Below, one piece after another: positions 1 through 11,796 of a stretch of DNA of 64,000 nucleotides. The notes beneath the pieces were generated by a model, which was not told the DNA's origin, ran no database searches, and saw only the letters and a program-made list of their open reading frames with translations. A program made the translations under genes and the position numbers. Positions within the stretch are counted from its first letter, which is position 1, and each line of letters starts with the position of its first letter. Source of the DNA: Octopus bimaculoides (Eukaryota); the NCBI RefSeq assembly GCF_001194135.2, contig NC_069002.1, positions 17,264,390 through 17,328,389 on the forward strand. Direction: 5' to 3'.

Positions 1-180
<180 letters not shown>

Positions 181-184
181 TATG

Positions 185-456
185 TGGAGTTCAATTCCCA
201 GTTGTGCGTTGTGTCCTTAAGCAAGACTCTTTATTTCATATGGCTCCAGTCCACTCAACTGCCAAAAATGGATAGTACCTGTATTTCAAAAGGCCAGCCT
301 TATCACACTCTGTCACACTAAATCTCCCTGAGAACTATGTTAAAGGTATGTATTTATGTAGAGTGCTCAGCCATTTGCACATTAATTTCACGAGAAGGCT
401 GTTCTGTTGACAGGATCAACTGGAACCCTATTGTTGTAACCGATAGAGTACCAGTG
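185..456 (+). mobile_element. tRNA-derived SINE fragment (GTGTYCTTGAGCAAGACACT core family)
   Basis: B-box-like GAGTTCAATTCC followed by TGTGTCCTTAAGCAAGACTCTTTATTTCA..GCTCCAGTCCACTCA. The same core recurs near 23700, 24640, 39580, 62100 and 63650, and the tail recurs inverted at ~31810-31960. Confidence 0.75.
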
Positions 457-460
457 ATAT

Positions 461-908
461 CCGTGCTAGTGGAGTGCTAAGAGCACCATCCGAACGTGAT
501 CATTGTCAGGGCCGCTGACTGTCCCCCATGCTGGTGGCACGTAAAAAGCACCATTCGAGCATGATTGTTATCAGCGTCGCCTTACTGGCACTTGTGCCGA
601 TGGTACGGGGAAAACAATATTTGAGCGAGGGCGTTGCCATTGCCGCTGGACTGGCTCCTGTGCAAGTGACATGTAAAAACACCGTTTGAGCGTAGCTGTT
701 GCCAGTACTGCCTGACTGGCCCTCGTGCTGGTGGCACGTAAAGGCACCCACTACACTCTTGGAGTGGTTGGCGTTAGGAAGGGCATCCAGCTGTAGAAAC
801 TCTGCCAGATCAGATTGGAGCCTGGTGCAGCCATCTGGCTCACCAGTCCCCAGTCAAACTGTCCAACCCATGCCAGCATGGAAGCAGACATTAAACGATG
901 ATGATGAT
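461..908 (+). mobile_element. RTE 3'-end-derived element with internal ~65-bp tandem repeats and (GAT)n tail
   Basis: About 4.4 units start at 461, 526, 592, 658 and 723. They are followed by the conserved tail GGTTGGCGTTAGGAAGGGCATCCAG...CCAACCCATGCCAGCATGGAA...TTAAACGATGATGAT, seen more than 15 times in the window. Confidence 0.8.
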
Positions 909-1744
909 ATATATATATATACATATCACAGGCGTCTTTCAGTTTCTATCTACCAAACCCATTCAAAAGGTTTTGGTTAGCCCAAGGCCATTGTAGAAAG
1001 ATATTTGCCTAAGGCACTACACAGAGAGATTAAATCAGAAACTGTATGCAAACTTACTAACTACACAGCTATGCTGTGCAACTCTATTATTTTGGTCTTT
1101 GGTTTTACGAAATTTGATTTTCTGTTCATCATAATTATGTATATGTGTGTGAGGTGGGGACTGAGGGGCATCTTGCTATTCATTTCAAATACTTTTGCTT
1201 TCCACATTGATTTATATATTTAATTTATTTTAAAATCACTATTTTGCCATATGTCTTTTCTCTCTTTCTNNNNNNNNNNNNNNNNNNNNNNNNNNNNNNN
1301 NNNNNNNNNNNNNNNNNNNNNNNNNNNNNNNNNNNNNNNNNNNNNNNNNNNNNNNNNNNNNNNNNNNNNNNNNNNNNNNNNNNNNNNNNNNNNNNNNNNN
1401 NNNNNNNNNNNNNNNNNNNNNNNNNNNNNNNNNNNNNNNNNNNNNNNNNNNNNNNNNNNNNNNNNNNNNNNNNNNNNNNNNNNNNNNNNNNNNNNNNNNA
1501 AAAATGTGTACTGCGTCTGTTAGTTCCCTTTTTATCCTTTTGACTAAATATAATGTGGGGTGTCCATGATTGGAATCAACCCCTGGACAACACTTGGAAA
1601 CTATTCTCTCATCAATACACTACTTTCACGAATATTTTTCAATGTTTTTGACCCAATTTCTGTTCTCATTCATTGCATGTATGTTCACATACATTATAGT
1701 CTGTATTGTAGAGAGTACATAAATGTCTCTTGTGTGTCTGTCTC

Positions 1745-2440
1745 ATCATTTAAAATCTTGGATGGCGTGATCAGAGCTGGCAAGGTAGGGGACTGCACCG
1801 GACTCCAGTCTGATTTGGCATGGTTTCTACAGCTGCATGCCTTTCCTAATGCCAACCACACTTTACAGAGTGTGGTACCACACAGACACTGTGGTACGTG
1901 GTACCACACAGACACTTTTACATGGTACCACATTGATGCTTTTACGTGTTGCCTCACAGGTGCTTTTATGTGGCACCACATGAGCACCTTTATGTAGCAC
2001 CATCATGAGTGCTTTACACCACCAGAAGGATCAGTCTTAGCACTCCTGCTGCAGGGCATGGGTCTACTTGAATATGGCCAGGTGCCAGACATCGTGATCC
2101 TTTGTCATCTCGCCTGAAAGGTTCAGCTTCCTGAGGTTGTTCTTCAATACTTCATCCCATGTCTTCTTAGGTCTGCCATTTCCACTTGTTCCATCCACTT
2201 TAGAGGTCAGCACTTCTTTATGGAGCTGTCGACATCCATCCTCACCACATGACCAACCCATAGCAGTCTTCTCTCTTGCACACAACAACCAATTCCCCTT
2301 ATGCCTAACTTCTCTCTTAAAACACTAGCACTCTGTTGGACATGTACACTCACATGTACACATCCAGTGTAGCATACTAACCGCACATCGTCAGTCCTCT
2401 CATCCTTCCAACTATCCACCAATTCAACCTTGATATTACC
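1745..2440 (-). mobile_element. RTE-clade LINE 3' fragment (ORF C-terminus plus 3' UTR)
   Basis: Minus-strand peptides LREKLGIRGIGCCVQERRLLWVGHVVRM and GRPKKTWDEVLKNNLRKLNLSGEMTKDHDVW are typical of RTE C-termini. They are followed by short GTGGYACRTAAAAGCAC repeats and the shared tail. Confidence 0.85.
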
Positions 2441-2647
2441 TTACCATTACAATCAATCAGTTTTATGATCCAACTGTATTACTTGCCAGTATTTTTAAAT
2501 CTATCCTGTGTCACTGTGTATTTGTAAATCTATTTGTAATTTAAACGAGAACTGAACAGGGAATGGGATAGGACATGATACAGTGTGATGGGAATGGGAA
2601 CTGGAAATAACCCCTGCTTTTCTGGGTATTACTGGGTAATTCAGCTA

Positions 2648-2682
<35 letters not shown>

Positions 2683-3290
2683 AATTAAAGGAACTTTTAT
2701 TTATATGCATTTTGCTCCATTTATTATTATTATCCATATCTTCTCAAAATGTATCACTTTAACTTGGTATCTCTACCTGTAAAACGGCTGTGATATCTTG
2801 TTTTTTAGTGTAATTTTGCTACCTCTGGTAACTATTAACATATTTAAATTATCAAAGGTTTTAATAACTGAGATAATATTAATATATACATAAACTAATA
2901 TATATTATATTATATGTATTTATTTTCTCCTAGTAATAAATAACTCTTCTTCGAAACATATGTCGGAATAAAAGTATGCAGTTATAATATGCGTTTCATT
3001 CCATAAATTAAATTATGTAATTGATTTTATTAGCGTATGGCTGTTTCTGCTACAGGATGCAGTATGCTCAGAGCTGAGTGCTTGTGCATCACTTTATAGC
3101 TTACCCAGAGCTTCTATAGGTTGTAAGCTAATGGAGTTGATTACATAATTGATTACATAATTCCTGTTCTCATGCCATTCATTTAATTTTATATTACACT
3201 CTGTCGTTGACTAACACCTTATTCTGAAACACATGTATGCATATGTTGAGTTCTAACACCAAGTTATTAACATTGGTATGCCTAAGCAAA

Positions 3291-3334
<44 letters not shown>

Positions 3335-3488
3335 NNNNNNNNNNNNNNNNNNNNNNNNNNNNNNNNNNNNNNNNNNNNNNNNNNNNNNNNNNNNNNNNNN
3401 NNNNNNNNNNNNNNNNNNNNNNNNNNNNNNNNNNNNNNNNNNNNNNNNNNNNNNNNNNNNNNNNNNNNNNNNNNNNNNNNNNNNNNNN

Positions 3489-3537
<49 letters not shown>

Positions 3538-3604
3538 TGTATGTGGTGTCTTTACATCACGTAATAGTTGTAAGTAGTTGTCACCCTCGTTAAAGCAGTG
3601 TCAT

Positions 3605-4115
3605 TCAAACATCATCATCATCTAGCATCCATTTTCCATGCTGGCATGGGTTAGACAGTTTGATTGGAGCTGGTAAGCCAGAGAGCTGTACCTGACTCCA
3701 GTTTGGTTTGGCTTGGTTAACATGGCTGGATGCTCTTCCTAACACCAACCTCTCCAAGAGTGTAGTGGATGTCTTTTACATATCACCAGGACAGGTGCTT
3801 TTTATGTGTCACTGGCACAGGTGCCTTCTACTCCTACATGTCACTGGCACTGGCCATGACTACAATTTTACTTGGCTTGACGTATCTTCTCAAGCACAGC
3901 AAATCGCTAAAAGGTCTCAATCACTTGTCATCACTGCCATGAAACACATCATTCAAAGATCATGGAAACATATCTGGTCTTGGGGAAATATTAGTTTACT
4001 TGAAAACAGGTGAGGGTTAGCAGCAGGAAGGGCATCCATCCGGCTGTAGAAAATCTTCTTCAATGAATTTTGTTGGATATATGCAAGCATGGAAAAGTGA
4101 ACATTAAAACATTGA
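3605..4115. mobile_element. two adjacent RTE-tailed repeat fragments (minus, then plus)
   Basis: CATCATCATC..TTTTCCATGCTGGCATGGG (minus-strand tail) at 3605-3900, then GGGGAAATATT..GGAAGGGCATCC..GCAAGCATGGAAAAGTG (plus-strand tail) at ~3980-4115. Confidence 0.7.
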
Positions 4116-4533
4116 TGGTGTTGTGTATGTTGAAATATATTTATTGGAAAGAAAATAATTATGATCGTCATCGGTTGTGCTTTTGTTTGAAAATGGAAGT
4201 TTATGGAACATGCTGTAAATAGCAAATTATACTTGGACAGCTGATTAGCTTAATGAGTAAGAACAGCACTGTTTAGTGGTTATGGTGGTTATGGTAATGA
4301 TGTTTGTGTGAAAGAAATTAGAACAAAAACAAAAGGTTTTGAGAGTGTGGGTGGATTAATATAGAAAGAAGTGCAATTTTATGAGTGGGTATTAGGATGG
4401 CGGTGGGGAGCTTTGACAGGTCAGTCATTGAAGAATGGAAGTTTTAGAACTTTATATATGTTTGTGTATGAAATGTGTGAAAGAGTATTCATATGTGTGT
4501 GTGTGTGAGAGAGAGAGAGGTTCTACTTGGCTC

Positions 4534-4581
4534 AGACAACTTGTGTGTGAGACAACTTGTGTGTGAGACAACTTGTGTGTG
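4534..4581. repeat. 16-bp minisatellite, 3 perfect copies
   Basis: (AGACAACTTGTGTGTG)x3. Confidence 0.95.
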
Positions 4582-5424
4582 CAAGAAAGATAATGCATGT
4601 GTACGAAAAAGTGTAGTTATATGTATTTGTGTGTGGAAATATGTTCTTTTTTTTTTTAATTTAGAGAAATAGCAGGACTCATGCCACTTTTCAATGCCTC
4701 CAAAGGCTGATAATGAGAAGGAAGAAAGTTATCTGAAGGCTCTGGGGTGCCACCAGCAGAGTCTACTCTTGGTATTAAACCAAGCAACAGGTTGAGTCTA
4801 CCACCTTAAATTTGAGTAAGAGAGAGATTATCTTCTTAATCTGAATGTGTGTTTGTATGTGCGTGTGAGAGACTATGCTAATCAGCTGTGTATCTGTATA
4901 GCTGCACATGTGTGAATATGGGCATGAGGATGTGCACATAGATGCACATATAAATGTAAATGCATATGAGTGTTTGTGTTTCTAAATATGTGCACACAGA
5001 TATGAATACCCAGCTAGCAGCTGAATTGTATGACATTCAAAAGATGTTGGGTAATTTAGAAGAGAAATAGCTTGTAAAATCTGTGTTAACAGTACCTGTT
5101 TACTTATATATAAATATTGCATACAAATATTTCAGAATTTATTAGAAATAAAATGTTGCTGTATTGATCGATAACAAATATTATAGAAACTTTCAGTCTG
5201 TATAAGATGGTGAATAGTGATATGGTTTTGTGGGGTTTGTTTTGTAGCTTTTGAGTCAGCCTGCCACAGACAAATGTACATTCATGAATATGTATTAGCT
5301 CTATCCTTGCATATATGTATGTATCTTTGTTAATGGATCTTTCAACCAGAAGTTCAATTTTAAAAGCAGCAGAATTATTTTTGTTTGTATTTATGTCCAT
5401 TTTCCATGCTAGCAAGGGTTAGAT

Positions 5425-5944
5425 CAGAGGTCACCAAACTTTTTTCATGGTGGGCCAGATAACTGAGAGAATGACGAGCATGGGCCGAATAACCATTTTG
5501 CTCAATACAATACAGTGAATACATGAAGAATAAAGACAGCCAACATATCTATTTATCAAAATGTTATGAAAGAAGTTGATGTTAGCAATAACATAGTTAT
5601 ATCATACTCAGTGTGCACATGTCTGAATCTCACAAACTAAGCAGCAAAAAAGTTTAATGAGATTTGTGAGACTGGTGTTTAGCTTTTAACATATCAATAT
5701 TTGCTCTGGAATTGCTGCATCCAACCAAGAGAATTGCTTTCAAGTGTTCATCAGTCAACCTTGTGCTGACTTCACATACTTTATTTTGCTCACAAACATA
5801 TGTTATTCCAAACACTGATGCCATACCAGAGGCAAATGAACCCTCATTACAGGTACTTACACAAAGGTATAGTGTGGCAGTGGGCTGGATGAATTGACCT
5901 CGTGAGCCAGATCTGGCCCACAGGCCTTAGTTTGGTGACCCATG
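5425..5944 (-). mobile_element. non-autonomous hAT (Charlie-like) deletion derivative
   Basis: 16-bp TIRs CAGAGGTCACCAAACT / AGTTTGGTGACCCATG (2 mismatches) and an 8-bp TSD GGTTAGAT/GGTCAGAT. Internal minus-strand remnants FGITYVCEQ and LTDEHLKAILL resemble the hAT C-terminal dimerisation region. Confidence 0.85.
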
Positions 5945-6183
5945 GGTCAGATGATTATATTATCAAACTGTTGTTTGACAGCTGGTTGCCCCATCCTGAC
6001 ACTAAGCTTTACTTGTTTTTCAAGTAAGAGATAGCTTATTCCACATGCCTCTGAAAGTGCAAAGCCAGCAAATGGATACATTGACAGTTGAAATGAGAGC
6101 AGTGTCACAAAACACACACACAGGTACACCTGCATAGTTATATGCTCACACATGTGCACATACACAAACATGCATACACACAT

Positions 6184-6220
<37 letters not shown>

Positions 6221-6659
6221 AGGCTTCTTTCAGTTTTTCATTTGCCAAATTCACTCATAAGGCTTTGTTTAACCCAGATCTTATCCTAGTTACTGAACTC
6301 AAAACTATGCAGTTAGTTGGAAAGTGGACCCCTTCATCCCACAGCAATATATGAACCTCCCTACTAATTAAATTGTAGTGTATCTGAATATCTCACAGAT
6401 ACTTGTATCTTTTAACATAACTTTCAAGCAGACTTGACATGACACATTGTGTGAACATGGCTGGGACTTTAGATTGGATTCATCTCATCCAATTTTTGCA
6501 TAATTTCTGTCCACCCATTTTTACTGACATGGCATGGGTTAATCCTGAGTTATGGTAAAAGATACTTGACCAATGTGCTGCACTAGAATTGAACCTGATA
6601 CTTGATTATTGCAAGGCAGCCTTCTTAACCACACAGCCAAATGAACTTCTTGTTTATAT

Positions 6660-7010
6660 ATCCACATAAAAAGCACCTAGTACACTCTGTAAAGTGGGTG
6701 ACATTAGGAAGGGCGTCCAGCTGTAGAAACCATGATAAAGCAGACAGCTGGAGCTTGGTGCAGTTCTCCAACTTGTCAGCTCCTGTCAAACCATCCAACC
6801 CATGCCAGCATGGAAAGTGGACATTAAATGATGATAATGATGATATATGTACTGGGTACTTTTTATGTGACACCAGTGCCATTGCTTTTTATGTGACACC
6901 ACCTCTTTTTGTATGGCACCAGCACCAATACATTTTATGTGGTACCATCACTGGTGCTTTGTACATGGCACCAGCACCAACAGGGTCACAAGCAACTTGC
7001 AAGACAAAAA
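6660..7010. mobile_element. RTE-tail repeat fragments in opposite orientations
   Basis: Plus-strand tail at 6660-6845 ending ATGATAATGATGAT, then minus-strand short-repeat region TTTTATGTGACACCAG at 6850-7010. Confidence 0.7.
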
Positions 7011-7779
7011 TACCTTCAGCTGGGAGGAGAGAGTAGTAGTGAGGCAGGGTGGCTTTGTGCCATTTGATGAGAGATTAGAGATATGGAGGGACAGGGGTAA
7101 GTGTCCTGCAGCAGAATAGACACAAGAGTACTCTATTGTAAATGAATGGAGGGTGGGTTAAGGAGTAAGACAAAGAGAGTGGGTGAGTGAGTGGGTAAGA
7201 TAAAGAGAACGATAGTGAGAGATGATGGTAGCGAAGATGTGTCGGGGGGGGTATACCCTTGATGGACAGTGGGTGTGGTGAGAATAAGAGGGATGATGCA
7301 GAAGTTTGGGCTGGGTGGGNNNNNNNNNNNNNNNNNNNNNNNNNNNNNNNNNNNNNNNNNNNNNNNNNNNNNNNNNNNNNNNNNNNNNNNNNNNNNNNNN
7401 NNNNNNNNNNNNNNNNNNNNNNNNNNNNNNNNNNNNNNNNNNNNNNNNNNNNNNNNNNNNNNNNNNNNNNNNNNNNNNNNNNNNNNNNNNNNNNNNNNNN
7501 NNNNNNNNNNNNNNNNNNNNNNNNNNNNNNNNNNNNNNNNNNNNNNNNNNNNNNNNNNNNNNNNNNNNNNNNNNNNNNNNNGGAGGTAACTAAGAAAGTA
7601 GGTGGAGGGGATGTAGAAGGTGTCCATTTTGCTTTCAGGTAATAGAGAAGTGATGGGTGTTAGGGGATGAAATGTGGGGGGGGGGGAATGGTTGATGGGG
7701 CAGAGAGGATGCAGGTAGGTATGGGGCAAACGATCATTAAATACCAAAGTGGTTTAGGACATCAGTCCTGTTGTGGTGG

Positions 7780-8275
7780 ATGGGTTTTCTTGAGTACAGC
7801 TAGGCACCATATATCTCGGTCCTTTGTCTTTTCCTTTGTGAGGCTCAGTGTCTTGAAATTGGCCTTCAGTTCTTCGTTTCATGTCTTCCTGGGTCTCCTT
7901 CCTCCATGAACAGTCTTCTTTCTTGCACACTGCATCTAATTCTTCTTATGCCTAACTTTTCTCTCAGTACATTAGCATCCAGCAGAGCATACTAGTTTCA
8001 TTCCTCTCTAGTTTTTGCATTCCTCTGCATTCAAGACCCACATCTCACTGCCATGTTGCATTGCTGTTCATACACATACATCATACAATCTTCTTTTTAC
8101 TTGGAGTGAGAGAAGCTTTTGGTTGGTAACAGAGGTAAAAACTCTCTGAATTATTTCCATCCTATTCTTATTCTCACAATTATACTTTCTGTTCATCTTC
8201 CCCCACTGCTAATTATGTCCCTCAGGTAGCAGAAATTATCCTTTACCTCTAAAGAGTTTCTGGGGCATTTAAGAA
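7780..8275 (-). mobile_element. decayed RTE LINE fragment
   Basis: Colinear with 44200-44780 (e.g. GGTAGCAGAAATTAT, TAAAGAG..TCTGGGGCATTT, CATCCTATTCTTATTCT). Confidence 0.8.
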
Positions 8276-10720
8276 ATCTCTCTCTCTGCTGACATGCCAA
8301 ATTGAATCTCAGACATCTTTCAGACTTTCTTCTGCCTGTGCTGGAGTCAGATTTTTGATCTACCTTTTCTTCTTATCAGGACAGATCACAATTCTCTTTG
8401 TGATTTGATCTTTTTTATGTGGTAGTAGAACAAGAAGATTAGGTTTTATCAAGCGTTTTTGGAAATTTTTACCTAAATTATTGTTGAAAGAGTGCTCCAC
8501 CTATCCCTGTTCAGTAATTTTGATCAAAGATGCATTGGATTTCGTGTTGTTGTTATGCACTTTGGAGAACATGGCTTCATTTTCTTTGTTAAACATTTAT
8601 TTGTATTTTTATTGAAATGTGTTGTTATTGATGTTACTGCTGTTGGCTTCAATATTTTTTCTAGTTTATTCCACTTCAATCTGAGCAGTGTTTTTGTTGC
8701 TGTAGTAGGTGTTGTTGATAGAAGTGGTTTCCAAGAATTTTTTGTTGAAATATTCCTCTTTGTGAATAATTTCAACATAACTTTTGTTAAAAACAGGCTT
8801 GTTTTCTGGTTTTTTTTTGGTTTTTTCAAATGAACAACATAGCATGTCACGGCTCACTCTTAGTTTCACTATGTTGTGATGACACTTCTCTCTCCCTCTC
8901 TTTCACATACAAGCATCATCGCATTGATTGAAGTCTTCTCTATAGATGGAAAAATTGAAAAATTTCACAACATGCAGGCATGGCTGTGTGGTAAAAAGCT
9001 TACTTCTCAACCACATGTGTATATGTGCGTGTGTGTTTGTGTCTGTGTTTGTTCCACCATCACAACATGACAAGGCAAAGGAAAACTGCTTTGCCTGGCT
9101 GATTAAAGGAAGACACTAGGGCATTATCACTATGGATTTGGCTAACATGTGGATTTGTCCCACATGTGATAGCAATTATTTGATATAACTCCATAAGTCA
9201 GCAATGCTCAGACACTGTATGAGTGGGTGCAGAACAGTTTCATCATTCTGCGTTCCCCTTTGAACAAGCTTATCTGTGCCTGTAGAGTTTATCTTGAACT
9301 CATAGCGCCCCTCGGTAGCACCACCAGACCAAGGATATCTAGAAATTATCCATAGTAGTCCTCAACTAGAAAGTCCTCCGGAACAAACTAACCAGTTTAT
9401 TTTTGTTGATACCCAGAGTCTCCCTGAGAATATTTGCCTTACCCTGTCACTAATCCTCTATATATTGCTAAAGTAGAACATCCACCCTGGTAGAAGGGTT
9501 ATGGGCACCTGACGACATTCTAGGTGCCAGGTGCCCAATCTCAGTCTTTCCTTCACTCTGGACTGCAATTCCATCAAGCAAATTAGAAGGTTACCCAAGA
9601 TGCCATGCCAAGGGATTGAATCTGGGACCGTATGGTTAGGAAGTAAACTTCTTACCACACGGCCATGCCTGTGCCTATATGATAGGTTTCTTTCAGTTTC
9701 TATCTGCCAAATTACCCTAATAACTCTAATTCTTTTTGTATGTCATTAAAATTACTTTTAAATGTTATCAACAAACAACAGTGCTCCTCCACCTTTTTTT
9801 TGTTCTTTTTTAACCCCAGTTCAACTCTGCTGAAAGATATTCTATCTATGACCAGCCAGTCTTATATTCAGACTACATTACACAATATATGTAGAATATG
9901 ATTCGAGGGTTGTTTGTTATTTCTGTGCTCCTTCATTTAGCTGTTTTTTCCTGTTTTTTTGAACACACACATTTGATATAACAATATTGGCTCATTTACA
10001 TGCATTTCACCACCACCACCACCTCTGCCAAACGTGTTACCACCACTACCTCTGCCTTTACCAACACATCACCACCTTCCTAACACAACATCAGTGCTAC
10101 CACCACCATCACTAACTGTTATCTCCCTGTAATTCCTGGATTCACATATAGGCCATATATTTAGTGTTTTGTTTTCTAATTTTGAATTTGTTTTTTTTCT
10201 TTGTTCTATTTAAAAAACAAAAACAATGAACCATTCATTATGTAGTGTTTTTTCCCCATTTCGTTGCAGACTGTTGCTATTGTTGTTTAGTATACATTGT
10301 GAGAAATAATGGTTTAGTTCCATTGTTGTAGTGACATACATACTAAGATAGATAAAAAAGTGTGTGTATAGAAAGAACAAGTGCATACGTGTGCACGTGT
10401 TGTGTATGTATGTGAAAGCAAAGCGTAGCCATCACTCACAAGCGAGCATGACCTGGTAGCTTGTAACATGCTTTCCCTGCTTGTTTTAGTCGCCTGTGTA
10501 GCTGCAAAGAGATATAGACACTTTTCAGTCCTCCTCCAATTGACCTCGTGGAATATTGAGGATGTGACAGCTAGAAGGATAGAAAGCTACGGGAACTGGG
10601 TTGTTGACATACAGGATATCCCACTTACAGTTGGTTTTAAACTCTTTTATTATAAATTCATTATCAACAACAAAAGCAGTATTAGTTCAGGATAGCAGTC
10701 TGTATACCTTACTTAATGTG

Positions 10721-10893
10721 GATATACTGTAAAAAAGCCACAATACTGCAGTATTTGTCTTGAGAAAGCATTTCATATAGATGTATTGTGCTAAAACGCT
10801 ACTGATATTTCTCTGTTTTTCAGCACTATGCATCTGTAGTAGGTGCTTTGTCAAGACAAATGCTGTAGTATTGTGGATTTCTTTCAATATATC
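10721..10893 (+). repeat. long imperfect inverted repeat (foldback / MITE-like hairpin)
   Basis: 10738-10770 pairs with 10844-10876 (33 bp, 2 G.U, 1 mismatch). 10776-10796 pairs with 10817-10838. The loop is about 20 nt. Confidence 0.85.
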
Positions 10894-11036
10894 TTTGTTT
10901 AATAAGTTATACAAATTGTTGTTGTTTCATTATAATCTAGAGAACTACAAAAAAAACAGTAAGGGACTGAGTATTTAGTAATCCTTCAGTTTTGTGTAAA
11001 ATTGTTTTTATTATAACATACAAACAAACAATATAT

Positions 11037-11460
11037 GGGTCTGTAAACAACAGTAGCATCGTCCTCTATGGGTCCACCACATTTAGGTGGCAAATATACT
11101 TCACGATTCTGTGTTGCTACTGTTTACATCTCGCTCAGAGATTTATTATTGCTTGTTTCTCCTTTTTTGAGATCAGTGACAGTTTGTCACTAGAAAAAGC
11201 ATATAGTATTTTGCTTTTGGAATGAGTTTTCATCACTAGCCAGTGATTACCACACGCTGATGATGGGTTACTTTCCAGAAACCCAGGTCTGTGTGTATCG
11301 CGTAAGGCTAGAGACGGGAATGATGATTTCCCTTTGCAAATACTTATCGGACACAGACAGTGTGTCATTAGCCAGCTGGAGGAGATGTCTTCCTGGGGCT
11401 ATAAACAACAGTAGCATCATCCCCTTTGAGTCCACCACATTTAGGTGACAAATATACTTC
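11037..11460 (+). mobile_element. non-coding retroelement with 66-bp terminal redundancy (period 358 bp); retrozyme- or PLE pseudo-LTR-like
   Basis: 11037-11102 repeats at 11395-11460 (7 mismatches in 66). The unit is flanked by ACAATATAT at 11028-11036 and 11461-11469, contains a hammerhead fold and has no ORF. Confidence 0.75.
11230..11326 (+). ncRNA. type I hammerhead ribozyme with intact catalytic core
   Basis: CACACG-CTGATGA-TGG(GTTACTTT)CCA-GAAAC-CCAG-GTC-TGTGTG, with predicted cleavage after C11289. Stem I extends through GTGAT/ATCGC, CTAGCC/GGCTAG and TCATCA/TGATGA. Confidence 0.85.
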
Positions 11461-11485
11461 ACAATATATATATATATTCTATCCT

Positions 11486-11690
11486 TTTTATTCTCTTACT
11501 TGTTTCAGTCATTTGACTGCAGCCATGCTGGAGCATTGCCTTTAGTCAATCAAATTAACCCCAGAACCTATTATTTGTAAGCCTAGTACTTATTCTATCA
11601 GTCTCTTTTGCCGAACCACTAAGTTACAGGGACATAAACACACCAACATTGGTTGTCAAGCGATGGTGGGTGGGGCAAACACAGACATGC
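11486..11690 (-). mobile_element. SINE 3' half (GATAAAAG-tailed family)
   Basis: Reverse complement of the tail at 15340-15525 and 40760-40963 (CTTGTTTCAGTCATT..GCCATGCTGGAGCA..GTACTTATTCTATC). Confidence 0.85.
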
Positions 11691-11727
11691 AAATACATAC
11701 ATAGATATATACATACATACATACATG

Positions 11728-11796
<69 letters not shown>

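Noticed and set aside
2915-2975. GAAAC-ATAT-GTC-GGAATAA resembling the 3' half of a minimal hammerhead
   Set aside because: No CUGANGA upstream (the best match, CTAGTAA, has 3 differences) and no stem II. At most a heavily decayed relic.
9090-9480. possible RNase H-like remnant (TDKLVQRG) on the minus strand
   Set aside because: Too degenerate to assign, with only a weak partial motif.
10468-10695. 75-aa ORF with a hydrophobic N-terminus in non-repetitive sequence
   Set aside because: It starts at a non-ATG codon, has no recognisable homology and no consistent splice signals.
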